Assembly: GCA_000996025.1 (NCBI GenBank)
Contig: LBYF01000001.1
Location: 3,507-67,506 of the forward strand
Reading direction: 5' to 3'
DNA: 64,000 nucleotides
Source of the DNA: Parcubacteria group bacterium GW2011_GWA2_40_14
GTDB taxonomy: Bacteria > Patescibacteriota > Minisyncoccia > Phycocordibacterales > DATDWN01
Shown here: piece after piece, positions 8,968 to 18,523 of the stretch
Layout of the letters: every line of letters starts with the position of its first letter
Position numbering within the stretch: the stretch's first letter is position 1
Notes under the pieces: generated by a model
Told to the model about the DNA's origin: nothing
Databases searched by the model: none
Seen by the model: the letters and a program-made list of their open reading frames with translations, nothing else
Made by a program: the position numbers and the translations under genes

Positions 8968-10182
8968 ATGTTATTTCATTACAAAGCACTGGATAGTACA
9001 GGGAAAGAGGTTGAGGCAAATCTGGAAGCCAAGGACAGGTTTGCTCTGTATCATGCCGTAAAAAAAGATGGCAATACAGTTATCTTTACAGAGGAAGTCA
9101 AAGCCAAAGGAAGATTTTCCTTGATAAAACTTTTACCATTTTTGGATAATGTTACAGCCCATGACAAAATAATTTTTGCCAGAAATCTTTCCAAAATGAT
9201 TCTGGCCGGTCTGCCCATTACTCGGGCCCTCTCTATTATGGAGAGGCAAGCCCGCGGCGGATTAAAGTCAGTTTTGAAAAATTTGAGTGAATCGGTAGGA
9301 AAAGGCACTACACTTTCCGAATCAATGAAAAATTTTCCAGATGTTTTTTCAACCCTTTTTACTTCAATGGTCCGAGCTGGAGAAGAATCAGGGAATTTGG
9401 CAACTAGCTTGGAGAATGTTGGTATGCAAATGGAGAAAACATACCAGCTTAATCGTAAAATACGCGGAGCAATGCTCTATCCGGCCATTATTCTGCTACT
9501 GATGGTCGCTATAGGTATTCTGATGATGGTTTATATGGTGCCGACATTAACTGCCACATTTATCGGTCTCAATTTAGACCTGCCGGTTTCTACACGCATT
9601 ATCATTTTTGTCAGTAATTTTCTAGCCGGTTATTTTACATTTTTTATTTTGGGAGTTGTGGTGACGACTGTCCTCCTCGTTTTTGCTTTTCGTAGCGACC
9701 AAGGGAAACGACTTTTAGAGGCGTTTCTTCTTCGCCTACCTATTATCGGAGAAATAGTAAAGGAGATTAATTCAGCGCGGACGGCCCGAACATTATCCTC
9801 GCTTCTTTCTTCGGGGGTGGATATTGTCTTGGCAGTCGGAGTGACAAAAGATGTCATACAAAACTCCTATTACAAAAAAGTTTTGGAAGAAGTGCAGATT
9901 AATATTCAAAAAGGAGAGGCCATCTCATCAGTTTTTTCATCTCATATTGATTTATATCCTATTTTTGTCGGGGAAATGGTAAATGTGGGAGAGGAAACGG
10001 GTAAAATAGCCGAAATGCTTAGCAATGTTGCTTTATTTTATGAGGAAGAAGTAGACCAAAAGACAAAAGATATTTCCTCTTTGATTGAACCGTTTTTGAT
10101 GATTTTTATTGGTTTGGCAGTTGGATTTTTCGCCATGGCGGTTATTAGCCCTATCTACTCATTAGGGGACTCCATACAATGA
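8968..10182 (+). CDS. pilC: Type IV pilus platform protein PilC/GspF
   Basis: AGEESGNL, GAMLYP, VGEETG and LIEP motifs; three TM segments. Confidence 0.95.
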   Translation: MLFHYKALDSTGKEVEANLEAKDRFALYHAVKKDGNTVIFTEEVKAKGRFSLIKLLPFLDNVTAHDKIIFARNLSKMILAGLPITRALSIMERQARGGLKSVLKNLSESVGKGTTLSESMKNFPDVFSTLFTSMVRAGEESGNLATSLENVGMQMEKTYQLNRKIRGAMLYPAIILLLMVAIGILMMVYMVPTLTATFIGLNLDLPVSTRIIIFVSNFLAGYFTFFILGVVVTTVLLVFAFRSDQGKRLLEAFLLRLPIIGEIVKEINSARTARTLSSLLSSGVDIVLAVGVTKDVIQNSYYKKVLEEVQINIQKGEAISSVFSSHIDLYPIFVGEMVNVGEETGKIAEMLSNVALFYEEEVDQKTKDISSLIEPFLMIFIGLAVGFFAMAVISPIYSLGDSIQ

Positions 10183-10643
10183 AATTAAATTATAAATCTG
10201 GGTTTACAATTTTTGAATTTCTCATAGCCATTTCTATCATGGCTCTTCTTGTGGCCATAGTATTTTCTGGTTTTATAAACTTGAGGAAACATCAGGCCTT
10301 AAAATTGGATACGGAAACTATCGCGGGAATATTACGAGAAGCTAGGAGTGAAACTCTGGCATCCAAAAATGGAACGCGATATGGAGTGCATTTCTCGGCT
10401 ACAAAAGTTACTCTCTTTGCCGGTTCTGTGTACAATCCAAGCGACCCCAATAACAAAGATTTTATGTTGAATGCAAGTGATGCAGTTTTTAACATCACTC
10501 TTGCCGGTGGAGGAAGCGATGTTATCTTTAATCGTTTGACCGGAGAAACATCGCAAAATGGCGTGATTACTCTTTCCTCCCCATCCACAGCACAAATAAA
10601 AACTGTTACAGTATACAAAACAGGAGTAGTTGAAAGTAATTAG
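10179..10643 (+). CDS. Type IV pilin-like protein
   Basis: Prepilin motif SG|FTIFE followed by a hydrophobic helix. Confidence 0.85.
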   Translation: MKLNYKSGFTIFEFLIAISIMALLVAIVFSGFINLRKHQALKLDTETIAGILREARSETLASKNGTRYGVHFSATKVTLFAGSVYNPSDPNNKDFMLNASDAVFNITLAGGGSDVIFNRLTGETSQNGVITLSSPSTAQIKTVTVYKTGVVESN

Positions 10644-10669
10644 GGAGTCTATAATACAATTTATATACA

Positions 10670-11158
10670 ATGTGGTCATACAATAAAAAAAACAATCGCG
10701 GTATGGCTCTAATAGAAATAGTCATAGGGGCCTCTATCATATCGGTCGGCATTTTGGCCATTTCTACCGCTTACAATACATATGTACAGCATGCTTTTGC
10801 AAACGAGAAAAATATCCAGGCGGCCTATATTTTGGAGGAGGGATTGGAAGCGGTAACACTCCTGCGTGACAAGGGGTGGAATGCAAATATCAAACTGCTT
10901 TCCACCACAACCACATATTATTTGACCTTGGTCCCGACCTACTGGGCTACCACAACCACACCACAATATATTGATGGAACATTTCTACGAAATATTGCTA
11001 TTACCGATGTAAAGCGCGACCTAAACGACCGTATCGCCACCGCAGGCACATATGACCCAAACACAAAACTAGTCACGGCGACAGTTTCCTATTTCCAAGG
11101 ACACGGCACGACCACGCGCTCCCTTTCAACTTATATAGCTAACATATATAACAACTGA
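10670..11158 (+). CDS. Minor pilin-like protein (PilV-like)
   Basis: RG|MALIE prepilin motif. Confidence 0.83.
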   Translation: MWSYNKKNNRGMALIEIVIGASIISVGILAISTAYNTYVQHAFANEKNIQAAYILEEGLEAVTLLRDKGWNANIKLLSTTTTYYLTLVPTYWATTTTPQYIDGTFLRNIAITDVKRDLNDRIATAGTYDPNTKLVTATVSYFQGHGTTTRSLSTYIANIYNN

Positions 11159-11160
11159 AC

Positions 11161-11670
11161 ATGAAAGTCCTTACATACAAATCAGGATATTCGCTTGTGG
11201 AAATGCTTATATATGTCTCTATTTTATCGGTCATTTCGTTTTTAATGGTTAGTACGGTGCTCTCTTTTATCGGCTCGTATAGACAGCTTGTGGCCTTGCG
11301 TATCGTGGAGCATTCGGGCATAGATGCTATGGAAAAAATGACTCGTGATATTCGGGCCGGTACGACAATTGATACAGTGAACAGCACATTTGGAACAAAT
11401 CCGGGTGTTTTGACTTTGATTACCACAGCAAACAATGTTTCCACTACCACAAAATTTTATCTTCAAAACGGTATTGTCAAAGTAGACATAAATGGAAGTT
11501 ATTTCGGTCCCATAACTTCCTCCACTGCATCCACAACCAGTATCGTATTTACAAAATTAAACAGCTCTATTTCTAACGCAGTAAAAATTGACATGACTGT
11601 ATCGGCTACAGTTGGCACGACAAGTAGAACGAAAACCTATCACTCCACGGTTATTTTAAAAGGACAATAG
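11161..11670 (+). CDS. Minor pilin-like protein (PilW-like)
   Basis: SG|YSLVE prepilin motif. Confidence 0.83.
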   Translation: MKVLTYKSGYSLVEMLIYVSILSVISFLMVSTVLSFIGSYRQLVALRIVEHSGIDAMEKMTRDIRAGTTIDTVNSTFGTNPGVLTLITTANNVSTTTKFYLQNGIVKVDINGSYFGPITSSTASTTSIVFTKLNSSISNAVKIDMTVSATVGTTSRTKTYHSTVILKGQ

Positions 11671-11701
11671 GGAAAAATTTCTAATTTCTAATTTTTAAAT
11701 A

Positions 11702-13000
11702 ATGGAGCAGAAGCAAAAAATGAAATATGATAAGGGAGCGGCTATGTTAATAGCAGTGATTTTATTTTTATTTGTCTCCTCCACAATTGTTCTTGGCATT
11801 ACCGCGCCAATCTTAAAGCAAGCAAGAATTTCTACCGACCTCGTTCGTTCAAAAGAAAGTTATTATTACGCCGAAGGGGCGCTGGAAGATGCTTTTTACA
11901 GAATTAAAAATGGCAAGAGTATTAGTTCTGGAGATACAATAATTACAAACGGCTATACCACTACGATTACTATCACCACGGCATCTGGAGTTAAAACTAT
12001 TCTCGCCGTGTCAAATCGAGATGGCATTATTAGAAAAATGCAATCCCAAGTAGTTGCTGGTGTGGGAGCATCTTTTAATTACGGTGTTCAAGTCGGTCTT
12101 GGAGGTTTTGTTTTGGAAAATAGTTCAACCATAACGGGCAATATTTACTCTGGTGGTCCCATAACTGGTGCTGGAAATACCATAAGTGGCGATGCTGTTT
12201 CCTCCGGTTCCTCTGGACTTATAGATGATGTTCACATCACCAATTCAGCTTACGCTCATACCATACAAGATTCTGATGTAGATGCTAATGCTTATTATGT
12301 AATAAAAACTAACACTACTGTAGGTGGCACTTCTTTTCCAAATAGTCCAGACCAACCTGTTGCCAACCTACCCATTTCCGATGAGCAGATTGCTCTACTA
12401 GAAGCCGACGCGGTAGCCGGGGGAGTCATAAGTTCTCCTTGTCCTTACAAAATTACTTCTACAGTAACTTTGGGTCCAAAGAAAATTACATGTGATTTGG
12501 AGGTCAGTGGTAGCGCAGTTGTCACTCTTGCCGGTTCTGTTTGGGTAACGGGTGATATTGATATAAAAAACAGCGCCTTAATTAAAATATCTTCCAGTTT
12601 TCCGGAAAATACAAGTCCGGCTCTTATAGCTGACAATCCGGCCAACAGGTCTTCAGGCAGTAAGATATCTTTGCAAAACACCGCCACTTTCCAGGGCTCC
12701 GGAGGTTCCGGTAATTCAGACTCTTACATATTTGCCATATCTCAAAACAATAGCGCCGAAACAGGCGGTACAAATGACGCTATTTCTATGAAAAACAGCA
12801 GTGCCGGGGAGGTTGTGTTGTACGCTGGTCATGGACAAATAAGCATAGAGAACAGCGCTACATTAAGGCAAGTTACTGGCTACAAAATTAAAATGAAAAA
12901 CTCGGCCAATCTTATATATGAGGAAGGTCTGGCCGACACGCTTTTCTCTTCAGGACCTTCGGGTGGGTGGAATATTTCCACTTGGCAAGAAGTACAATAA
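11702..13000 (+). CDS. PilX-like minor pilin with beta-rich C-terminal domain
   Basis: KG|AAMLI (no E5) and YYAEGALEDA; S/T/G-rich body ending W.E. Confidence 0.8.
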   Translation: MEQKQKMKYDKGAAMLIAVILFLFVSSTIVLGITAPILKQARISTDLVRSKESYYYAEGALEDAFYRIKNGKSISSGDTIITNGYTTTITITTASGVKTILAVSNRDGIIRKMQSQVVAGVGASFNYGVQVGLGGFVLENSSTITGNIYSGGPITGAGNTISGDAVSSGSSGLIDDVHITNSAYAHTIQDSDVDANAYYVIKTNTTVGGTSFPNSPDQPVANLPISDEQIALLEADAVAGGVISSPCPYKITSTVTLGPKKITCDLEVSGSAVVTLAGSVWVTGDIDIKNSALIKISSSFPENTSPALIADNPANRSSGSKISLQNTATFQGSGGSGNSDSYIFAISQNNSAETGGTNDAISMKNSSAGEVVLYAGHGQISIENSATLRQVTGYKIKMKNSANLIYEEGLADTLFSSGPSGGWNISTWQEVQ

Positions 13001-13021
13001 TCCCGTGTTACAATAAAACTC

Positions 13022-13780
13022 ATGAGAAAATTCAAAAAACTGATTATTGGAAACTGGAAGATGAACCCGCTTACTCTGGAAGAGGCCAAAGAAATGACCA
13101 CAAGAATAAAACGACTAACAAAATCTCTAAAAAAGACAAAGGTCGTTCTCTGCCCACCCTTCATTTTTCTTTCCGCGCTTCTCTCTAGTAAAAGCAGAGC
13201 AGTCTCCCTCGGCGCGCAGGATGCATTCTACCAATCAGCAGGACCATACACTGGAGAAGTCAGTTCAACTCAACTTTCCGCTTTTGGTGTTGATTATGTA
13301 ATCGTTGGACATTCAGAAAGGCGCTCTCATGGCGAAAGCGACGATATTGTAAACAAAAAAGTTAAAGCGACTGTAGGTGACGGTATGACTGCCGTACTGT
13401 GTGTTGGAGAAAAAGTTCACGACCAGCATGGAGAATATTTCAGTTTGGTAAAACAGCAGATTATTTCCGGGCTGAAAGATATTTCCAAAAAATCACTTGA
13501 TAGGATTGTTATTGCTTACGAGCCGGTCTGGGCTGTTGGCGCGAAAGAGGCCATGCGTCCTGCCGACATTGCTGAAATGGCCATTTTTATAAAGAAAACT
13601 TTGCGAGACGCATACGGTATTTTTGGAGACGATGTCAGAATTTTATATGGCGGAGATGTGACAGTGGGGAATTGTCTGGAAATTACCCTCGATGGTCATG
13701 TTGGAGGACTTCTCATAGGCCGTGAAAGTTTGAAAGTCAAAAATTTTATTGAGATTATAAAGATTATTGACTCAATATGA
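13022..13780 (+). CDS. tpiA: Triosephosphate isomerase
   Basis: GNWKMN, GHSERR, AYEPVWAVG. Confidence 0.97.
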   Translation: MRKFKKLIIGNWKMNPLTLEEAKEMTTRIKRLTKSLKKTKVVLCPPFIFLSALLSSKSRAVSLGAQDAFYQSAGPYTGEVSSTQLSAFGVDYVIVGHSERRSHGESDDIVNKKVKATVGDGMTAVLCVGEKVHDQHGEYFSLVKQQIISGLKDISKKSLDRIVIAYEPVWAVGAKEAMRPADIAEMAIFIKKTLRDAYGIFGDDVRILYGGDVTVGNCLEITLDGHVGGLLIGRESLKVKNFIEIIKIIDSI

Positions 13781-14943
13781 TTAAATATTTAGATCAGTTA
13801 GAAAAAGATGATCTAAAAGGCAAAAAAGTTTTGCTTCGGCTGGATTTAAATGTGTCTGTTGCAGATGGCAAAGTGGTTGACCAGTTTCGGCTGGAAAAAA
13901 TAATTCCGACAATTGATTTTCTGCGAGAACACGACGCTCAAACTATTATTATTTCTCATGCAGAAAATAAAGAAGGTCAAAATGAAAGTCTTTTAACTGT
14001 ATGGAATTATTTGAAAGGATATTTTCCTGTGGAATTTTGTCCGACATATTTTACGCCGGAGGCAATTGATAAACTTTTGAAAATGCAGGACAAAGACGTA
14101 TTACTTTTTGAAAATGTTAGGAATAACATGGGTGAGAAAGAAAATAATCCAGAATTTGCCAAAAAATTAGCGCAAATGGCAGATATTTACGTAAATGATG
14201 CTTTCGGAGTTTCACATCGTCAGCATGCTTCAATTGTCGGTGTGCCACAATTCCTTCCACATTACGGCGGATTACTTATGCGACAGGAAATAGAGCATCT
14301 CTCACGTATTTTCAACCCACAACATCCGTTTGTTTTTATTTTGGGTGGAGCAAAGTTTGACACTAAACTTCCTCTGATAAAAAAATATCTGGAAAAAGCT
14401 GACCATGTCTTTGTCGGTGGCGCTCTTGCAAACGATATTTTCAAAGCCCGTGGCTATGAAGTCGGCACCTCTCTTGTGTCAAAGGCCGCCTTTGACACTT
14501 CTATTTTAGAAAATCCAAAGCTTGTTTTGCCTATTGATGTGACTGTAGCGAAAGATGATAAGAGTGTTTCATTTAAAAAACCAAATGAGGTAAAAAGTGA
14601 CGAATGTATTGTAGATGCTGGACCAGAAACTATTGAACAATTAAAAAACCTTTGTAATGATGCCCATTCGACAAGCTCAGGGCAGGCAAAAACAGTTGTT
14701 TGGAACGGACCGCTTGGCAATTATGAAAAAGGTTTTGGTGATAAAACGGAAAGTCTGGCAGAAATTATTGTGGAAATGACAAAAAATGACATTGAAACAA
14801 TTATTGGTGGGGGAGACACGCTGGCCTCAATTCATAAACTCGGCTTGAACGATTCTTTCACTTTCATCTCAACCGGTGGTGGGGCAATGCTGGATTTTCT
14901 TGTCAACGAAACCCTCCCCGGTCTTCGTGCTTTAGAAAAATAA
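13777..14943 (+). CDS. pgk: Phosphoglycerate kinase
   Basis: RLDLNV, NDAFGVSHR, GGAK, WNGPLG, STGGGAML. Confidence 0.97.
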   Translation: MIKYLDQLEKDDLKGKKVLLRLDLNVSVADGKVVDQFRLEKIIPTIDFLREHDAQTIIISHAENKEGQNESLLTVWNYLKGYFPVEFCPTYFTPEAIDKLLKMQDKDVLLFENVRNNMGEKENNPEFAKKLAQMADIYVNDAFGVSHRQHASIVGVPQFLPHYGGLLMRQEIEHLSRIFNPQHPFVFILGGAKFDTKLPLIKKYLEKADHVFVGGALANDIFKARGYEVGTSLVSKAAFDTSILENPKLVLPIDVTVAKDDKSVSFKKPNEVKSDECIVDAGPETIEQLKNLCNDAHSTSSGQAKTVVWNGPLGNYEKGFGDKTESLAEIIVEMTKNDIETIIGGGDTLASIHKLGLNDSFTFISTGGGAMLDFLVNETLPGLRALEK

Positions 14944-14957
14944 TTTTGGACTATAGA

Positions 14958-15010
14958 TTGACATATTTTTTGGTTTCGTTACACTTAATAAGTTGAACTG
15001 TTTAACAGTT
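14958..15010 (+). promoter_or_regulatory. Sigma70-type promoter with operator-like inverted repeat
   Basis: TTGACA-16-TACACT followed by AACTGTT-T-AACAGTT. Confidence 0.6.
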
Positions 15011-15042
15011 GAACTTTATAGTAATCATAATACGCATATTTT

Positions 15043-15327
15043 ATGTCTATAGTCACAATCAAAAATAAATATCAAATTGTTATTCCTCAAAGTGTTCGCA
15101 AACAAGTTGGGGTTGTTGTCGGTGACTTTCTGGAAGCTACAGTTGAAAAAGGCAAGATTGTCTTTCAGCCAAAATCCCTAGTTGATCGAGGTATTGCGCA
15201 GAGTTTAAAAGAATTTAAACAAGGACATTCTTTTGGTCCATTTGCCACTGCTAATGAAGTAATAGCGTCGCTTAAAGGTCAATTGAAAAAACGCGCTCTA
15301 GAGAAACATAAAAAAGTTTTGAAATAA
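15043..15327 (+). CDS. AbrB/MazE-type DNA-binding antitoxin-like protein
   Basis: N-terminal KYQIVIPQSVRKQVGVVVGD swapped-hairpin signature. Confidence 0.85.
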   Translation: MSIVTIKNKYQIVIPQSVRKQVGVVVGDFLEATVEKGKIVFQPKSLVDRGIAQSLKEFKQGHSFGPFATANEVIASLKGQLKKRALEKHKKVLK

Positions 15328-15354
15328 TGAAAGCAATTTATAAATCCTTATCAT

Positions 15355-15759
15355 CTAAAAACTTTTTATTTTTTCGGCTGTCTGGTTCGCTAAGTTTTTA
15401 TCATAATCATTTGTCCTCCAGTGTGTGTGACCATCCGCTATATGTCGTGGTATGAGATGGAAATGTGTATGAAATACAACTTGGCCAGCAGCCTTTTCTA
15501 TGTTTGTAATGATGTTCATACCTTCAGCATTGACTACTTTTTGAATAATTGGACCAAGTTTTTTGGCTTGGGAAGCGATATAAGCTAGTACATCATCCGG
15601 TGTTTCAAAATAATTTTTATAATGAATTTTTGGGATAAGCACTGTATGCCCGTCATTATTTGGATTGATGCTTAAAAAGGCAAGACATTTATCGTCCTCA
15701 TAAACTTTTTCTGTAGGGATTTCTCCTTTTATTATTTTACAAAAAACGCAATCTTCCAT
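15355..15759 (-). CDS. HIT family hydrolase
   Basis: DCVFCKII and GQVVFHTHFHLIPR. Confidence 0.95.
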   Translation of the reverse strand: MEDCVFCKIIKGEIPTEKVYEDDKCLAFLSINPNNDGHTVLIPKIHYKNYFETPDDVLAYIASQAKKLGPIIQKVVNAEGMNIITNIEKAAGQVVFHTHFHLIPRHIADGHTHWRTNDYDKNLANQTAEKIKSF

Positions 15760-15821
15760 GGGAAAATAATAGCATATCTCAGTTGTTATTCACTATTTCG
15801 GACTGTGGTAGACTGATACCT

Positions 15822-17645
15822 ATGAAAACGTATGCTATTCGTGAAGAGATTCCAAAAGATGTGTACGAGGCTCTAAGAGCGCATGATCCTCTAGTGCGCT
15901 CACTCCTTTACTCTCGCGGTGTCACAGATGGCGCTGCAGCAGATGTTTTTCTCAACCCCAACTATGATACGCATACTCACGATCCATTTTTGCTCCTAAA
16001 TATGGACAAGGTTGTGGAGAGAATTTTGAAAGCAATTGAGAGTAATGAAAAAGTAGCGATTTACAGCGATTATGATTGTGATGGCATACCGGGTGCTGTA
16101 GTTCTACACGATTTTTTAAAAAAAATAGGTTTCACAAATTTTGTAAATTATATACCAATGCGCAATGAAGAGGGTTATGGTCTAAATCACGATGCCATAG
16201 AAAGTTTGATAGCTGATGACGTGAAATTAATCATTACAATAGACTGCGGTATAACTGATTATACACATGCAGAATTTGCCCAGAGTGAAGGGATTGATTT
16301 GATTATCACAGACCACCATATTCCGGGAAAGGAAGTGCCGAAAGCATTTGCGGTGATAAATCCAAAACAAAAAGGATGCAAATATCCAGAGAAAATGATT
16401 TGCGGCTCTGGTGTCATTTTCAAAGTTGTTCAGGCGCTTATGAAAACAATGTCAAGGACTGCCCTTGACATGAATCCAAAGATGTCAAAGGCAGTCCTTG
16501 ACATTCCGCTTGGTTGGGAAAAATGGCTTCTGGATATGGTTGGTCTTGCCACGTTTTCGGACATGGTGCCGCTTGTGGGGGAGAACAGAGTTTTCTCGTA
16601 CTACGGTATGAAAGTTTTGCGTAAAAGTCCGCGAGTTGGGCTTATGAAAATGTTTAAGTCGCTCAAAATAAATCAACAAACGGTGACCGAAGACGATATT
16701 GCTTTTATGATTACACCTCGTATTAACGCCGCATCGCGTATGGGTATTCCACGAGATGCTTTTACATTACTTTCCACAACAGACGAAGTGGAGGCAGGAA
16801 AATATGCTGAACATTTAAATAAAAATAATGATGAGCGCAAAGGTGTAGTAGGAAGTATGGTCAAAGAAATAAAAAAATGGATTGCAAGTAGGGATGAAAT
16901 CCCGCCGAAGCAAAGTATAAATAAAGCTCAGGCGAATGCTACGACTGAGTCAGCTACGACAGCGATGAGGGGAGTGATTGTGCATGGCAATCCGCTTTGG
17001 AAACCGTCACTTCTTGGTTTGGTGGCAAACAGTTTTTCCGATGAACATTCACGTCCAGTATTTTTCTGGGGGCGGGAGGGCAATAAAGAGGGGAGCACGA
17101 TAATAAAAGGTTCGTGTCGTGCTGGTGGAGATACAGACGTTGTTAAGCTTATGGAAAAAGTCAAAGATATCTTAGTTGATTATGGTGGACACACGGGCGC
17201 AGGAGGATTTTCACTTCTTCAGGAAAATATTCATATGCTTGAAGAGAGATTAAACGAAGCTTTTCAGAAGCTAGCTCAGGAAGAAGAAATAATCCTTGAT
17301 ACACTCGTAGATACAAAACTCTCACTTGATGATGTGAACTGGCAGACATATTCGCACATAGAAAAATTCGCCCCATTCGGACTAGCAAATCCAAAACCGT
17401 TGTTTCTTTTTGAAAATATAATTGTTGACGCGGTGAAACAGTTCGGTAAAGATAAAAATCATTTGGAATTGAAATTTAAGAAATCAGACGGAAAAGATGT
17501 CACAGCTATCGCATTTTTCTCCACACAAGAAAAGTTCCCAGTGTCTCTCGACTCTGGAAACGTAATTAACCTCGTGGCAACTCTGGAAAAATCCACATTC
17601 CGCAACTTTCCAGAATTACGTCTGCGAATCGTAGACATTTTTTAG
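15822..17645 (+). CDS. recJ: ssDNA exonuclease RecJ
   Basis: DYDCDG, ITDHH, PRINAASRM, YGGH, PFGLANPKP; ATG at 15822. Confidence 0.96.
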   Translation: MKTYAIREEIPKDVYEALRAHDPLVRSLLYSRGVTDGAAADVFLNPNYDTHTHDPFLLLNMDKVVERILKAIESNEKVAIYSDYDCDGIPGAVVLHDFLKKIGFTNFVNYIPMRNEEGYGLNHDAIESLIADDVKLIITIDCGITDYTHAEFAQSEGIDLIITDHHIPGKEVPKAFAVINPKQKGCKYPEKMICGSGVIFKVVQALMKTMSRTALDMNPKMSKAVLDIPLGWEKWLLDMVGLATFSDMVPLVGENRVFSYYGMKVLRKSPRVGLMKMFKSLKINQQTVTEDDIAFMITPRINAASRMGIPRDAFTLLSTTDEVEAGKYAEHLNKNNDERKGVVGSMVKEIKKWIASRDEIPPKQSINKAQANATTESATTAMRGVIVHGNPLWKPSLLGLVANSFSDEHSRPVFFWGREGNKEGSTIIKGSCRAGGDTDVVKLMEKVKDILVDYGGHTGAGGFSLLQENIHMLEERLNEAFQKLAQEEEIILDTLVDTKLSLDDVNWQTYSHIEKFAPFGLANPKPLFLFENIIVDAVKQFGKDKNHLELKFKKSDGKDVTAIAFFSTQEKFPVSLDSGNVINLVATLEKSTFRNFPELRLRIVDIF

Positions 17646-17679
17646 TTAACCCTTGACCACACTAATCTTTCTGATAATA

Positions 17680-17723
17680 CACATACGTTAACTTCTTGCT
17701 ATAGCAAGAAGTTAACGTATGTG
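17680..17723. repeat. Perfect 44-bp loop-less palindrome
   Basis: cacatacgttaacttcttgcta|tagcaagaagttaacgtatgtg. Confidence 0.95.
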
Positions 17724-17768
17724 GGTCTAAGAAGTTATTTATTGTGGATTGCCGTGTATAATGATGAA

Positions 17769-18449
17769 ATGGAAACAGTTATATTTACTGACGGTTCCGC
17801 TCGGGGCAATCCCGGACCGGGAGGTTGGGGAGCTATTGTCTTGACGTCTGACACAGCTATGGAGCTTGGTGGTAGGGAGGGACATACAACAAACAACAGG
17901 ATGGAACTTTTGGCTGTTATTTCTGCGCTGGAAAATGTAGCAACACATGAGGAAATCACCGTTTATACTGATTCAGCCTACATAGTCAACGGTATTACTC
18001 GTTGGGTCAAAGGATGGGCAGAAAATAAATGGAAAACCACTAAGAAAGAAGAAGTTTTAAATAAAGATTTGTGGCAACAGCTTACGCGGGCAACTGAACG
18101 CAGAGTAATTAAGTGGGAATTGGTAAAAGGACATGCGGGAGTAGGGGGAAATGAAAGGTGTGACGCTATCGCCACCGAATTTGCCGACAATAATCCTCTG
18201 GTTCTCTATAATGGTTCGCGTGAACGCTATGGTGTGGATGTTTCTGGTATTCAAACCAAAGAAGCAAAAAAATCAAAATCTAAAAGCAAAACCACAGCCT
18301 ATTCGTATGTAAGCGAAATTAACGGAGAGATTAAAGTCCACAAAACATGGGAAGAATGCAAGGCTCGAGTGCATGGAGTAGCCGCTCGTTTCAAGAAATC
18401 CGTCTCACCCGCAGACGAAGAGGAAATCATTCGTGAGTTCACCGAATAA
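17769..18449 (+). CDS. rnhA: RNase HI with C-terminal viroplasmin/hybrid-binding-like domain
   Basis: FTDGSARGNPGPGG, TTNNRMEL, KGHAG..GNERCD; tail TWEECKARVHG..ARFKK. Confidence 0.93.
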   Translation: METVIFTDGSARGNPGPGGWGAIVLTSDTAMELGGREGHTTNNRMELLAVISALENVATHEEITVYTDSAYIVNGITRWVKGWAENKWKTTKKEEVLNKDLWQQLTRATERRVIKWELVKGHAGVGGNERCDAIATEFADNNPLVLYNGSRERYGVDVSGIQTKEAKKSKSKSKTTAYSYVSEINGEIKVHKTWEECKARVHGVAARFKKSVSPADEEEIIREFTE

Positions 18450-18523
18450 TTTGCATATGTATTCAAGAAACTCAATTATAATTTTGGCACAGTATATTGT
18501 ACCAAAATAGAAATATTAAACTC

